DNA of 64,000 nt from Candidatus Daviesbacteria bacterium RIFCSPLOWO2_01_FULL_39_23 (GCA_001776935.1 MFDN01000015.1:102578-166577); one strand, 5' to 3'. Counted from the stretch's first letter, positions 20,412 to 30,631 are shown. Numbers and translations: made by a program. The notes: generated from the sequence alone by a model not told the origin.

Positions 20412-21482
20412 ATGGAGAGATTAAGGATTGCCGTTGTGCCTGGAGGTGGCGCTTTTGGAACAGCTTTATCAGTACCTCTTTCAGCTAATGGTCATGAAGT
20501 TACTCTTATATTTCGGGATAAAGGAAAAGCTCGGGTATTTGGTGAGACGCGCATGGTCGAGAGACTCTCGGGCATATTGATACCGGAAGAAAATGAGAAA
20601 AGCGGAGGCAGAATTGGTTTCAGTGCTGATGCAGAAAAAACAGTTAAAAATGCTGATGTGGTGATTATCGCTGTTCCTACCCCTTTTATGCTTCCTGCTT
20701 ACAGAGAATCGGTAATGCCTTTTAAAAAAGAAGAAACGCCGGTTATATCCGGAGCAAAAGGACTGGCAAGAATTGAGGGTAAATACCTGCGTCCTTCAGA
20801 AATAATCTCATTGACAGATCCTAAAGTTGCAAGACGTTTAATTGTTTTATCCGGTCCAAATTTAGCCCACGAGATTGCCCGGGGATTATTTTTTGTATCG
20901 GTTGCTGCATCGGAAGATACAAAACTGGCAGAGTATGTAGCTCATGATTTATTTGGATTGAACCCTTTCTCTCGAATATATGCTTCTGATGATGTTGCAG
21001 GAGTTGAGTTAGGAGGAGCGTTTAAAAATGTTATTGCCATAGCAGCAGGAGTTTGCGATGGCAGGCATTATGGAGAAAATGCCCGGGCAGCGTTAGTTCA
21101 GAGAGGCCAGGAAGAAATGATCCGCCTGGGGATTAGATTGGGAGGGCGGGATGAGACCTTAAGAGGGGTTGTTGGAAGCGATTTATGGATGACTTGTGTA
21201 AGTGAAGCCAGTAGGAATCATGAGTATGGGGTGGCTATAAGTCACGGAGAGGATCCTGTAGAAGTTTTAGCCAAGTTTGCAATGAATAAAAAAACAGTGG
21301 AAGGGTATACTACCACTAAGGTAGTTTGGGAATTGGTTCAGCGACTTGGGATAAAAGCACCGCTAACAGAGGCAGCCTATTCGGTACTTTTCTTAGGGGG
21401 TAGTATAGATGATGCCATTAAAGGATTGCTGGCACGAGAACGTGTTTATGAAAATGGCCAACCTTTAAATGGTAATAAATAA
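20412..21482 (+). CDS. gpsA: NAD(P)H-dependent glycerol-3-phosphate dehydrogenase
   Basis: GGGAFGTAL, SGPNLAHEI, GVELGGAFKNVIAIAAG, TC...SRN, VEGY. Confidence 0.92.
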   Translation: MERLRIAVVPGGGAFGTALSVPLSANGHEVTLIFRDKGKARVFGETRMVERLSGILIPEENEKSGGRIGFSADAEKTVKNADVVIIAVPTPFMLPAYRESVMPFKKEETPVISGAKGLARIEGKYLRPSEIISLTDPKVARRLIVLSGPNLAHEIARGLFFVSVAASEDTKLAEYVAHDLFGLNPFSRIYASDDVAGVELGGAFKNVIAIAAGVCDGRHYGENARAALVQRGQEEMIRLGIRLGGRDETLRGVVGSDLWMTCVSEASRNHEYGVAISHGEDPVEVLAKFAMNKKTVEGYTTTKVVWELVQRLGIKAPLTEAAYSVLFLGGSIDDAIKGLLARERVYENGQPLNGNK

Positions 21483-21652
21483 GATAATGCTCAATGTAAA
21501 TTTAGCCTCTTGCATTCTTGGCAGGTTTATTGTATATTTTATTTACCAGCTTGACAGAGGCTGGATTTTAATGTCTTAATTGTGATTATTGCATAAATCT
21601 AGATTTTGTTTTAAACTATTCACTAATCACTTAAGACTAATAACTAACTAAA

Positions 21653-22837
21653 ATGGCAGACGTAAAAAAATTTGATAGAAGCAAACCGCACGTTAACGTT
21701 GGAACCATGGGTCATGTTGACCACGGTAAAACAACCTTAACTGCTGCAATCACCAAAGTATTGGCCGGCAAAGGCTTGGCTGAAGCGCGATCGGTTGATC
21801 AAATCGATAACGCTCCGGAAGAAAAAGCCCGCGGTATCACCATTAATATTTCTCATCAGGAATACGAAACAGAAAAAAGACATTACGCTCACATCGATAT
21901 GCCGGGTCACGCTGATTACATCAAAAACATGATCACCGGTGCCGCACAAACAGACGGCGCTATTTTGGTGGTATCTGCACCGGATGGTCCGATGCCACAA
22001 ACCAGAGAACATCTTTTATTAGCCAGACAAGTGGGAGTTCCGGCAATCGTTGTTTATCTTAATAAATGCGATATGGTTGATGACCCGGAGCTTTTGGATT
22101 TAGTAGAAGAAGAAGTGCGGGACTTACTTAAAAAATATGAGTATGATGCAAATTCTCCTATAATCCGCGGCAGCGCTAAAAAAGCTCTGGAAGGTGATGC
22201 TGAGGCAGTTAAATCCATTGAAGAGTTGATGAATAAAGTAGATGAGTGGATTCCAACTCCGGTTAGGGATACAGACAAGCCGTTCCTGATGGCTGTGGAA
22301 GATGTTTTCTCCATCAAGGGTAGAGGAACTGTGGTAACCGGAAGAATAGAAAGAGGCAAGGTTAAGGTTAACGAAGAAATAGAAATTGTCGGTATCAGGC
22401 CTACTAAAAAAAGCGTTGTTACCGGAATTGAAATGTTTCACAAAATGCTTGATGAAGGTCAGGCCGGAGATAATGCCGGAATTTTGCTCCGGGGTATTGA
22501 AAAAGATGATGTTGAGCGCGGACAGGTTCTTGCCAAGCCGGGTTCAATTACTCCTCATTCGGAGTTTGATGCCGAAGTTTATATATTAAGCAAAGAAGAA
22601 GGTGGAAGACACACCCCATTTTTTAAAGGCTACAGACCGCAATTCTACGTTAGAACCACAGATGTGACCGGTGAAGTGACGCTTCCGGAAGGTGTTGAAA
22701 TGGCTATGCCGGGAGATACAGTTAAGGTTAAGGGAAAACTGATTACTCCGGTTGCTATGGAAGAAGGTTTAAGGTTTGCAGTCAGAGAAGGCGGTAAGAC
22801 TGTTGGAGCCGGAGTGATTACTAAAATTATCGCCTAA
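21653..22837 (+). CDS. tuf: Elongation factor Tu
   Basis: [41 protein letters not shown]. Confidence 0.99.
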   Translation: MADVKKFDRSKPHVNVGTMGHVDHGKTTLTAAITKVLAGKGLAEARSVDQIDNAPEEKARGITINISHQEYETEKRHYAHIDMPGHADYIKNMITGAAQTDGAILVVSAPDGPMPQTREHLLLARQVGVPAIVVYLNKCDMVDDPELLDLVEEEVRDLLKKYEYDANSPIIRGSAKKALEGDAEAVKSIEELMNKVDEWIPTPVRDTDKPFLMAVEDVFSIKGRGTVVTGRIERGKVKVNEEIEIVGIRPTKKSVVTGIEMFHKMLDEGQAGDNAGILLRGIEKDDVERGQVLAKPGSITPHSEFDAEVYILSKEEGGRHTPFFKGYRPQFYVRTTDVTGEVTLPEGVEMAMPGDTVKVKGKLITPVAMEEGLRFAVREGGKTVGAGVITKIIA

Positions 22838-22859
22838 AGCTTTAAAGTGAGAGTGTTTT

Positions 22860-22883
22860 AAGGGCCCAAAGTGGCCCTTTTTT
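22860..22883 (+). terminator. Intrinsic terminator after tuf
   Basis: AAGGGCC-CAAAGT-GGCCC-TTTTTT. Confidence 0.65.
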
Positions 22884-22930
22884 GATGGTTAAGGTATAAT
22901 GCACTTTAACAAGGAAGGAATATTTAAATT

Positions 22931-23239
22931 ATGCCAAGAGGACGTATTCGTGTTAAATTAAAAAGTTATGACCACAGGGTACTGGATAACACCTGTGAAT
23001 CCCTATTGGATACAGCTCTCCGAACAGGCGCCAAAATAGCCGGTCCTGTGCCCCTTCCTACAAAAACAGAAAGAATTACAGTTTTAACTTCTCCTCACAC
23101 AGACAAAGATAGCAGAGAAGCCTTTGAAATAAAGACCCACAAAAGAATGATTGATATTATAGAGCCTACCCAAAAAACCATAGATTCCCTGATGCACCTT
23201 GAGATCCCAGCTGGAGTTGATATAGAAGTTAAAATGTAA
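22931..23239 (+). CDS. rpsJ: 30S ribosomal protein S10
   Basis: [34 protein letters not shown]. Confidence 0.98.
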   Translation: MPRGRIRVKLKSYDHRVLDNTCESLLDTALRTGAKIAGPVPLPTKTERITVLTSPHTDKDSREAFEIKTHKRMIDIIEPTQKTIDSLMHLEIPAGVDIEVKM

Positions 23240-23261
23240 TTTTACCTCATAATTGTTTGGC

Positions 23262-23417
23262 TTGCATTTGAGCTCACCCTTTGTTACAATTCCCTTACAT
23301 GATAGCATCAGGTTAAATTATTTAACCTAAAATTTCAGTAGATTGTGCGTCCGCGAGGATACGGCAATTGAAGGCACATTTACTGAGTGATCCGCCTTTG
23401 GCGAGATCACTCTTTTT
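23262..23417 (+). promoter_or_regulatory. rplC promoter and structured leader ending in a terminator-like hairpin
   Basis: TTGCAT, 17 nt, TACAAT (23262-23290); several hairpins; GAGTGATC..GATCACTC-TTTTT (23385-23417). Confidence 0.6.
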
Positions 23418-23429
23418 AATGCTTTAATT

Positions 23430-24230
23430 ATGGTTAATACACTTTTAGGTATAAAAAAGAATATGACAGCAACTTATGACTCTCGGGGCAGAAGGGCAGG
23501 AGCTACTGTTGTGCAGATTCAGTCTAATTTTGTAACTGCAGTAAAAACTTCTGATGGTAAGGATGGTTATAATGCTATTCAGTTAGGCTATGGAACCAAA
23601 AAATCCGTCAAAAAACCTCAGCTTGGGATTGGAAAAAAAGCAGGGATTGAGCAACCGCTTCGTTGGTTTAAAGAAGTTAGAATCAAGGGTAAAGGGGAAA
23701 GCGTAAAAGGGGAAGTAGAAAATTTAAAGCCTGGAACAGAAATCAAACTGGACCAGGTTTTTTCAATAGGAGATGCGGTTAAAGTTACTGGTACCTCCAA
23801 AGGTAAAGGTTTTCAGGGTGGAGTAAGACGTCATGGATTTCACGGTGGTCCTAAAACTCACGGTCAATCAGATAGATTACGTGCTCCTGGTGCCATTGGG
23901 TCTGGTACTACCCCGGGAAGAGTTTATAAAGGTAAGAAAATGGCAGGTCATATGGGTGCAAGTCAGTTTACTGTTAGGAATTTGGAGATTGTCGGCATAG
24001 ATAAAGGAAAAGGTTTATTAATAGTTAAAGGCGGCATTCCCGGTCCTGAAGGGTCTCTTGTGACGATTACGAAATTAGGCAGAATAAAAGGTTATACCCC
24101 GCCGCCTGAAGAGAAGCCATCAGAGGAAGAAGAACAAGTAGAATCAAGCAGCGAGAATCAAGGACCAAGCAAGGAAATTACAGAGCAGAAGCCGGAACAA
24201 TCGCAGGAGGAAAATAAAAATGCCAGTTAA
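23430..24230 (+). CDS. rplC: 50S ribosomal protein L3 (acidic C-terminal extension)
   Basis: DGYNAIQLG, GTSKGKGFQG, THGQSDRLRAPG, GRVYKGKKMAGHMG. Confidence 0.98.
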   Translation: MVNTLLGIKKNMTATYDSRGRRAGATVVQIQSNFVTAVKTSDGKDGYNAIQLGYGTKKSVKKPQLGIGKKAGIEQPLRWFKEVRIKGKGESVKGEVENLKPGTEIKLDQVFSIGDAVKVTGTSKGKGFQGGVRRHGFHGGPKTHGQSDRLRAPGAIGSGTTPGRVYKGKKMAGHMGASQFTVRNLEIVGIDKGKGLLIVKGGIPGPEGSLVTITKLGRIKGYTPPPEEKPSEEEEQVESSSENQGPSKEITEQKPEQSQEENKNAS

Positions 24231-25002
24231 GAAAATAGCAGTTAAAAAAACTGTTCGGGGTCCTGCCGCCTCGGTATCCCGTCGTGCATCCTCACTCTCC
24301 GGTTCCACCGGATCGCTGCGGCTACGCGCCGGGACTCCCTCCTCGGCGTCACCCCTCACATCTCGTCCGCGGAGCTTATCTGTGCCTGTTTATTCTTTAG
24401 CGGGACGAGCTGTTGGAACATTGGCTTTACCAAAAGAAATTTTCGGTCAAAAAGTTAACAAAAAACTTCTAGCGCAAGCAGTCAGGGTTTATACAACTAA
24501 CCAAAAAGTTTTGCTTGGTTCCACTAAAACCAGGGGCGAAGTGGAAGGTTCGACTGCTAAAATCTACAGACAAAAAGGGACAGGGAGAGCAAGGCATGGT
24601 GCAATCAGGGCGCCGATATTTGTGGGTGGAGGAATAGTTTTTGGTCCCAAACCCCGTAAGGTGCAACTTGAGCTGCCGCAAAAAATGAAAAAGGCTGCGC
24701 TTATTGGGGCTTTGTCATCAAAGCTTTTAGATAAAAACATAATAGGGCTTGATATTGAAAAAATCTCCGGTAAGACAAAGGAAATGGCAAATTTGGTTAA
24801 AGAGCTGAAATTGAGGACTGCCTTGATCGTAACTGATAAAAAGGTGGAGAGTATAGTTCGTGCTGCGAGAAATATCCCGGGCTTAACTGTCATACCCGCT
24901 AGCCAATTAAATGCATATGAAATTTTACGCCACCGGTCTGTGATTTTAAGCAAAGCTGCAATAGAAGCTTTAGGTAAAAAGGAGGCTGTTTCAGCTCTAT
25001 GA
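24220..25002 (+). CDS. rplD: 50S ribosomal protein L4 with N-terminal extension
   Basis: STKTRGEVEG, RQKGTGRARHG, GGGIVFGPKPR. Confidence 0.97.
   Translation: MPVKKIAVKKTVRGPAASVSRRASSLSGSTGSLRLRAGTPSSASPLTSRPRSLSVPVYSLAGRAVGTLALPKEIFGQKVNKKLLAQAVRVYTTNQKVLLGSTKTRGEVEGSTAKIYRQKGTGRARHGAIRAPIFVGGGIVFGPKPRKVQLELPQKMKKAALIGALSSKLLDKNIIGLDIEKISGKTKEMANLVKELKLRTALIVTDKKVESIVRAARNIPGLTVIPASQLNAYEILRHRSVILSKAAIEALGKKEAVSAL
24257..24355. repeat. GC-rich nested palindrome inserted in-frame in rplD
   Basis: GGGGT/ACCCC, GCCG/CGGC, TCCCG/CGGGA and TCCGGT-tcc-ACCGGA nested pairs; 99 nt. Confidence 0.65.
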
Positions 25003-25427
25003 TTATTTTGAAAAGACCTATTATTACTGAAAAGTCGATGAAGCTTGCCCAAATGGGATTATATGTTTTTGAAGTTGATAAAAATGCAACTAAACCTATG
25101 ATTGCAAAGAAGGTTGCAGAAAAATTCAACGTTAATGTTTTAGGAGTTAGAGTGATAAATATTAAGGGAAAAGAAAAGTCTCAAAAAAGAGTCAGAAAAG
25201 TTTACGAGACCGGTGGTTTTAAGAAAGCTTTAGTACAAGTCAGTAAAGGTCAGCAAATTGCTATTTTCGAAACTCCCAAAGAAGAGGCAGTGGTAACCAC
25301 AGCTGGAGATGAGCCAATCCAAATAAAAGAGAAGAAAAATATCTTGGGAAGAACTAAAGTTAAAATTGAAAAAGGAGCGGTGGGAGCCGCGCCGACAACC
25401 CAAAGAAAGGTAATTACAGGAAAGTAA
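24999..25427 (+). CDS. rplW: 50S ribosomal protein L23 (C-terminal extension)
   Basis: RPIITEKS, YVFEV..NATK, KKALV. Confidence 0.96.
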   Translation: MIILKRPIITEKSMKLAQMGLYVFEVDKNATKPMIAKKVAEKFNVNVLGVRVINIKGKEKSQKRVRKVYETGGFKKALVQVSKGQQIAIFETPKEEAVVTTAGDEPIQIKEKKNILGRTKVKIEKGAVGAAPTTQRKVITGK

Positions 25428-25431
25428 AATT

Positions 25432-26196
25432 ATGAATAAGCAGTTAAATTCTAAAAATACAAAAGGTTTAAAGAAGTTATTGAAAAAACATTCGGGTAGG
25501 TCATCTGGCGGCATGGTTACGGTCAGAAGTCAGGGAGGAAGACACAAAAGATACTACCGTGAGGTAGATTTTAAAAGGAATAAATTTGGAGTCTTAGGTG
25601 AGGTTGTGGCTTTGGAATATGATCCGAATAGAAACATTGATATTGCTCTTGTTAAATATTCAGACGGGGAATACAGGTATATTTTGGCTCCTAAAGGGAT
25701 AAAAGCAGGAGATAAAATTACATCGGGAGACAAAGTAGAGGCAAAAACAGGGAATGCTATGAGGTTGAGGAATATTACGGTAGGAACATTAATTCATAAT
25801 GTAGAACTTATGCCGGGCAAAGGCGGGCAATTAGGGCGCAGCGCAGGGATGGCTTTACAACTTCTTGCCAAAGAAGGAGATTTTGCCCATTTGAAATTGC
25901 CCTCAGGAGAGGTTAGAATGATACCTTTGGAAAGCTTGGCTACAATTGGCACTTTGGGTAATGAAGATATCAGGCAGGAAGTTTTGGGTAAAGCAGGTCG
26001 GTCCAGACATATGGGAATTAAGCCAAATGTCCGTGGTGTGGCTCAGGATCCTGATTCTCATCCACACGGAGGAGGAGAGGGCAGGTCGGGAATAGGCAGA
26101 AAAAAACCAATGACCAAATACGGCAGACCGGCTGTTGGTAAAACCAGAAATAAGAAAAAGCAGAGCAGCAGGTATATAGTTAAGAGGAGAAAATAA
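25432..26196 (+). CDS. rplB: 50S ribosomal protein L2
   Basis: [29 protein letters not shown]. Confidence 0.98.
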   Translation: MNKQLNSKNTKGLKKLLKKHSGRSSGGMVTVRSQGGRHKRYYREVDFKRNKFGVLGEVVALEYDPNRNIDIALVKYSDGEYRYILAPKGIKAGDKITSGDKVEAKTGNAMRLRNITVGTLIHNVELMPGKGGQLGRSAGMALQLLAKEGDFAHLKLPSGEVRMIPLESLATIGTLGNEDIRQEVLGKAGRSRHMGIKPNVRGVAQDPDSHPHGGGEGRSGIGRKKPMTKYGRPAVGKTRNKKKQSSRYIVKRRK

Positions 26197-26480
26197 TGGC
26201 AAGATCAACTAAAAAAGGACCATATATTGATGAAAAATTGATGAAAAAAGTGCAAGTCCAAAAAGCTGGTGGCGCCAAAAGCCCGATTAAAACCTGGGCC
26301 AGGAATTCGCAAATTCCCCCGGAATTCGTGGGCCATACTTTTTTGGTTCATCAGGGTAAAAATTTTGTGACAGTATTTGTTACTGAATCAATGGTGGGAC
26401 AGAGACTGGGAGAGTTTGCGCCAACAAGACTATTTAGAGGTCATGGAAAGGTGACGGAAAAATCTACGTCAAAGACGTAA
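26196..26480 (+). CDS. rpsS: 30S ribosomal protein S19
   Basis: [31 protein letters not shown]. Confidence 0.98.
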   Translation: MARSTKKGPYIDEKLMKKVQVQKAGGAKSPIKTWARNSQIPPEFVGHTFLVHQGKNFVTVFVTESMVGQRLGEFAPTRLFRGHGKVTEKSTSKT

Positions 26481-26495
26481 TTTTAAGGATCTAAT

Positions 26496-26987
26496 ATGGA
26501 AATACAAACTATACAAAAATATATTCATACCAGTCCCCGGAAACTCCGGCTGGTTACTGATATGATTCGCAAGATAGCACCCGCTCAAGCCCTTAGCGTT
26601 TTGAAAGTGGTTCCTAAGGATGCAGCAAAGGATTTGGAAAAAGCTTTGCAAACTGTATTGGCAAATGCAAAAGTTGCAGGGATGGATGAGTCGAAATTGG
26701 CTTTCGCAAAAATTGAAATCAATGAAAGTATGAAAATGCGCCGTTTCAGAGCAGGTACAAGAGGAAGAGTAAGGCCATATAAAAAAAGAATGAGCAATAT
26801 TAAAATCGTCCTGTCGGACGATTTTAATCTCAAATCTCCCGCTTCGCCGCGAGGCGAGAAGCGAGGTGAGCAAATATCAAATGGTTCGCAAAAGCGAATT
26901 TCGCAAGCGAAAACCAAAACTGAAGATGTAAGATCGGAAAAGAAAATAGAGAAAAAAGAAGGAGGCAGGGCGGAATCGTCCGAATAA
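26496..26987 (+). CDS. rplV: 50S ribosomal protein L22 (C-terminal extension)
   Basis: SPRKLRLV.DMIR, ANA, RGR..PYKKR. Confidence 0.96.
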   Translation: MEIQTIQKYIHTSPRKLRLVTDMIRKIAPAQALSVLKVVPKDAAKDLEKALQTVLANAKVAGMDESKLAFAKIEINESMKMRRFRAGTRGRVRPYKKRMSNIKIVLSDDFNLKSPASPRGEKRGEQISNGSQKRISQAKTKTEDVRSEKKIEKKEGGRAESSE

Positions 26988-26990
26988 AAA

Positions 26991-27632
26991 ATGGGAAAAA
27001 AGATTCATCCGGTTGGTTTTAGAATGGGCATTGGAGCTACCTGGAAATCACGTTGGTTTGCCCGGGGGGCAAAATACCAGCAATATGTTTCCGAGGATAT
27101 AAAAATACGCGAGCTTTTAATGAAAAAACTGAAGACAGCAGGAGTGGCAAATGTGGAAATTGAAAGGGCTGTTAACAAATTGAAAGTGATAATTTTTGTT
27201 TCCCGTCCCGGAGTCTTAATTGGTCGCGGAGGGACAGGTTTAACAGAGATCAAAAAGTTTTTAATGGGTGAGCTTAAAATAAAAAATGAAAATGGTTTGG
27301 AAATTGCTCCGATGGAGCTTCGTTTTTCAGATCTGTCTGCTTATCTTGTAGCTTTGTCTGTTGCTGAACAACTTGCGCGGAGACTGCCTGCGCAAAGAGT
27401 GATGAATCAGGCGATAGAGCGGACAATGAGGGCAGGCGCAAAAGGAGTGAGGATAGTTTTATCCGGAAGAATTGGCGGAGCGGAAATTGCCCGGAGAGAA
27501 TGGAAGGCTGCGGGGACTATGCCGCTGCATACCTTAAGAAGCGATATAGATTTTGCAATTTATCCGGCTTTAACAAAATCCGGATATGTTGGAGTAAAAG
27601 TCTGGATTAACAAAGGGGAGGTAGAGATATAA
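26991..27632 (+). CDS. rpsC: 30S ribosomal protein S3
   Basis: [42 protein letters not shown]. Confidence 0.98.
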   Translation: MGKKIHPVGFRMGIGATWKSRWFARGAKYQQYVSEDIKIRELLMKKLKTAGVANVEIERAVNKLKVIIFVSRPGVLIGRGGTGLTEIKKFLMGELKIKNENGLEIAPMELRFSDLSAYLVALSVAEQLARRLPAQRVMNQAIERTMRAGAKGVRIVLSGRIGGAEIARREWKAAGTMPLHTLRSDIDFAIYPALTKSGYVGVKVWINKGEVEI

Positions 27633-28042
27633 TGGCATTACTTCAACCAAAAAGGACTAAGCATAGAAAAACATTCAGAGGCAAAAGAGGCGGGGTGGCA
27701 ACAAGAGGCAATAGTTTATCTTTCGGGACTTTTGGATTAAAGTCTATGGAAGCGGGTTGGATTACCGCAAGACAGCTGGAGGCGGCAAGAAGAGCTATGG
27801 CTCATTTCACACAAAGGGGTGGCCGTATTTGGATCAAGATTTTTCCGGACAAGCCTATTACCAAGCATCCGGCAGAATCTAGGATGGGTTCCGGTAAAGG
27901 TGATGTAGAAGGATATGTGGCAGTTGTAAAGCCGGGACAATTGATTTTTGAAATGGGTGCTGTTGAAAAAATAACAGCAGCGGAGGCATTTCGTTTGGCC
28001 GCTCACAAGCTGCCGCTTGGTACCAAATTTGTGGAGAAATAA
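27632..28042 (+). CDS. rplP: 50S ribosomal protein L16
   Basis: [25 protein letters not shown]. Confidence 0.98.
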   Translation: MALLQPKRTKHRKTFRGKRGGVATRGNSLSFGTFGLKSMEAGWITARQLEAARRAMAHFTQRGGRIWIKIFPDKPITKHPAESRMGSGKGDVEGYVAVVKPGQLIFEMGAVEKITAAEAFRLAAHKLPLGTKFVEK

Positions 28043-28044
28043 AT

Positions 28045-28380
28045 ATGAAAAAAAACGATTTTGTGCAAATAAAAGGTATGGATTTAAAGGAATTGGCGGG
28101 TAAAGATAAGGATCTGAAAAAAGAAATAGCAGACTTGACTTTGGATAAAAATATGAAAAAATTAAAAGATTTAAAAATTATAGCGAAAAAGAAAAAAGAC
28201 AGAGCACAAGTTCTGACTGTGATTAAACAAAAAGAACTGCTCAAGCAGTTAGAATCAATCGTCGGTAATTCTGCCAAAGACCAAAAGAACGAGCTTCGTC
28301 AAGCACAACAAGAGCAAGGTAAAAAAGTGTCAAAAGAAGAAGAAATATCAGACAAAAGAAAGGAGAAAACTAGTTCCTAG
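28045..28380 (+). CDS. rpmC: 50S ribosomal protein L29 (C-terminal extension)
   Basis: Position between rplP and rpsQ; helical L29 pattern KKKDRAQVLTVI. Confidence 0.85.
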   Translation: MKKNDFVQIKGMDLKELAGKDKDLKKEIADLTLDKNMKKLKDLKIIAKKKKDRAQVLTVIKQKELLKQLESIVGNSAKDQKNELRQAQQEQGKKVSKEEEISDKRKEKTSS

Positions 28381-28404
28381 AGTCTAGTAACTAGTCGCAA
28401 ATTA

Positions 28405-28788
28405 ATGATAGGTAGAGTTGTTTCAATAAAAACAGATAAAACTGCTACGGTTATAGTCAGCAGGATAGCAAAGCATCCTTTATATAAGAAAACCTTTATC
28501 AGAACTAAAAAATATCTGGTTGATGCAGATACAGGAGTACAGGAAGGGGATATGGTGGAAATGATTAAAGTGAGGCCAATCTCCAAAAATAAACATTGGA
28601 AAATTACTAAAGTAGTCGGAAAGAATTTGGAGGAAATTACAAAAGAAAAATTAAAAAGCGAGGCTGAGAAAATAATTGCAGAAGTAATGCCGGAAGAGAA
28701 GAAAGAAGTGCAAACTGATGAGGGAAAAGTGATAAGTCAGAAAAAAGAAGATTCAAAAGAGAAAAAGGAGAAAAAAGGGAAAGAATAG
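28405..28788 (+). CDS. rpsQ: 30S ribosomal protein S17 (Lys/Glu-rich C-terminal extension)
   Basis: GRVVS.KTDKT..V, HPLYKK, RPISKNKHW. Confidence 0.97.
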   Translation: MIGRVVSIKTDKTATVIVSRIAKHPLYKKTFIRTKKYLVDADTGVQEGDMVEMIKVRPISKNKHWKITKVVGKNLEEITKEKLKSEAEKIIAEVMPEEKKEVQTDEGKVISQKKEDSKEKKEKKGKE

Positions 28789-28827
28789 ACTTTGCACTTA
28801 GCACTATTCACTATTCCCTAATTTTTT

Positions 28828-29196
28828 ATGGTACAACACAGGACAAGATTGACGGTAGCAGATAATAGCGGCGCAAAATCGATTCAAGTGATTCAGCCTC
28901 TTGGCGGATCAGGTAAAAGAAAAGCGAGCCTTGGGCAGGTGGTTGTGGCAGTGGTGAAAGGCGCAGATCCTAATGGCCAGGTTAAAAATCACGAGGTCAT
29001 TAAAGTGGTGATTGTCAGGACTAAAAAAGAGGTAAGGCGTGATGATGGTTCGTATATAAAATTTGACGATAACGCAGGGGTGGTTATAGACAATGACGGA
29101 AATCTACGAGCTACCCGGATATTCGGACCTATTGCAAGAGAAGTACGGGATGCCGGATATACAAAAATTATTTCGTTAGCACAGGAGGTTTGGTAG
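28828..29196 (+). CDS. rplN: 50S ribosomal protein L14
   Basis: [29 protein letters not shown]. Confidence 0.98.
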   Translation: MVQHRTRLTVADNSGAKSIQVIQPLGGSGKRKASLGQVVVAVVKGADPNGQVKNHEVIKVVIVRTKKEVRRDDGSYIKFDDNAGVVIDNDGNLRATRIFGPIAREVRDAGYTKIISLAQEVW

Positions 29197-29212
29197 TTCG
29201 ACTACGCTCACT

Positions 29213-29533
29213 ATGAAAATACAAAAAGGTGATAAAGTCAAAATACTTTTGGGTAAAGACCGCGGCAAAGAAGGCAAGGTTGAGTATGTTTTGGGTAAAG
29301 AAAGTAAAGTCTTTGTCGGCGGAATAAATTTAAGCAAAAGACACGTAAGAAAGCATGGAAATATGGAAGGCGGGATTATTGAAATACCTAAACCTTTGAA
29401 TGTGTCAAATGTAGCTTTGATTTGCCCAAACTGCAATAAAATTACAAGGATAGGGTTTAAGACAACGGCAGATACTAAAGTGAGAATATGCAGGAAATGT
29501 GATAAGGAGATTAAATCAAATGCAAAGGCTTAA
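29213..29533 (+). CDS. rplX: 50S ribosomal protein L24
   Basis: KGDKV.ILLGKDRGKEGKV, GGIIE..PL.VSNV; CxxC pairs. Confidence 0.97.
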   Translation: MKIQKGDKVKILLGKDRGKEGKVEYVLGKESKVFVGGINLSKRHVRKHGNMEGGIIEIPKPLNVSNVALICPNCNKITRIGFKTTADTKVRICRKCDKEIKSNAKA

Positions 29534-30059
29534 AGAAAAATATATTAAAGAAATAAAAGGTAAATTACAACAGGACCTAGGCTTAAAAAACAGCATGGCT
29601 ACGCCCAAAGTAACCAAAATTGTTATAAATATTGGTTTAGGTGAGGCAAAAGATAATAGCGGCATTTTGGACAAAGTGAAAGTTTACTTTTCTCAATTGG
29701 CTGGACAATCTCCTGTTGTAACGCTGGCAAAAAAGTCTATAGCATCATTTAAAGTCAGCCAGGGACAAGCGATTGGTATGATGGTAACCTTAAGAGGTGA
29801 TAAAATGTATGCTTTCTTGGATAAGTTAGTAAGTATTGTTTTGCCGAAGGTAAGAGATTTTAAAGGAATATCTGCAAATTCTTTTGATAGTTTTGGGAAT
29901 TTAAATATCGGCTTAAAAGAGCAGATTATTTTCCCGGAAGTGGATTATAAGAGCGTAGACAAAACAAGGGGTTTGGCAGTGACTATTACAACCAGTGCCA
30001 AAAATAAAGAAGAAGGTAAAAAATTATTGGAATATTTAGGGATGCCCTTTAGGAGTTAG
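29520..30059 (+). CDS. rplE: 50S ribosomal protein L5
   Basis: KIVINIGLGEA, VTLRGDKMY.FL, LPKVRDFKG, EQIIFPE. Confidence 0.98.
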   Translation: MQRLKEKYIKEIKGKLQQDLGLKNSMATPKVTKIVINIGLGEAKDNSGILDKVKVYFSQLAGQSPVVTLAKKSIASFKVSQGQAIGMMVTLRGDKMYAFLDKLVSIVLPKVRDFKGISANSFDSFGNLNIGLKEQIIFPEVDYKSVDKTRGLAVTITTSAKNKEEGKKLLEYLGMPFRS

Positions 30060-30062
30060 GTT

Positions 30063-30242
30063 ATGGCTAAAGTATCAAACATTGTAAAAAAGAAATTTAA
30101 ATATGATATACAAATAAGAAACCGATGTATGCGGTGCGGCCGTCCGCGGGCATATATTAGGAAATTTGGGCTTTGCAGATTGTGTTTTAGAGAGTTTGCA
30201 CATATGGGATTACTTCCCGGAGTCAAGAAAGCGAGTTGGTAA
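30063..30242 (+). CDS. rpsZ: 30S ribosomal protein S14 type Z (zinc-binding; absent from the ORF track)
   Basis: Hand translation: [59 protein letters not shown]. Confidence 0.97.
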   Translation: MAKVSNIVKKKFKYDIQIRNRCMRCGRPRAYIRKFGLCRLCFREFAHMGLLPGVKKASW

Positions 30243-30243
30243 T

Positions 30244-30618
30244 ATGGATCCAGTAGCAGATGCATTAATCAGAATAAAAAACGGTTATTCGGTTGGTAAA
30301 GTTTCTGTGGAGGTAAGGTTCTCCAAACTTATATGGAAACTTTTAAAACTGCTTTTGGAAAAAGGATATCTTTCCGGCGTTGAGCAAAAGGAAAGAGAAA
30401 TTTTAGTGACTTTAAAGTATGATTCCCGAATCCCGGCTATAACTTCTGTTCAAAGAGTGTCGAGGCCTTCTTTAAGAGTTTACAAAGGCGCTAAGGACCT
30501 GCCGCATGTATTAAACGGTTTAGGTATAGCGGTTATTTCAACGCCTAAAGGTTTGATGACTGATAAAGATGCGCGTAAGATTGGCCTGGGAGGGGAGGTA
30601 TTGGCGCTGGTTTGGTAG
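30244..30618 (+). CDS. rpsH: 30S ribosomal protein S8
   Basis: MDPVADALIRIKN, RVSRPSLRVY, GLGIAVISTPKGLMT. Confidence 0.98.
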   Translation: MDPVADALIRIKNGYSVGKVSVEVRFSKLIWKLLKLLLEKGYLSGVEQKEREILVTLKYDSRIPAITSVQRVSRPSLRVYKGAKDLPHVLNGLGIAVISTPKGLMTDKDARKIGLGGEVLALVW

Positions 30619-30631
30619 TCCAAAATAAAAT

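Noticed and set aside
30166-30243. Long N-terminal extensions of S8, S13, L5, SecY and MetK shown in the ORF track
   Set aside because: These are artefacts of the longest-ORF rule; they overlap upstream genes or terminators, and canonical starts lie downstream.
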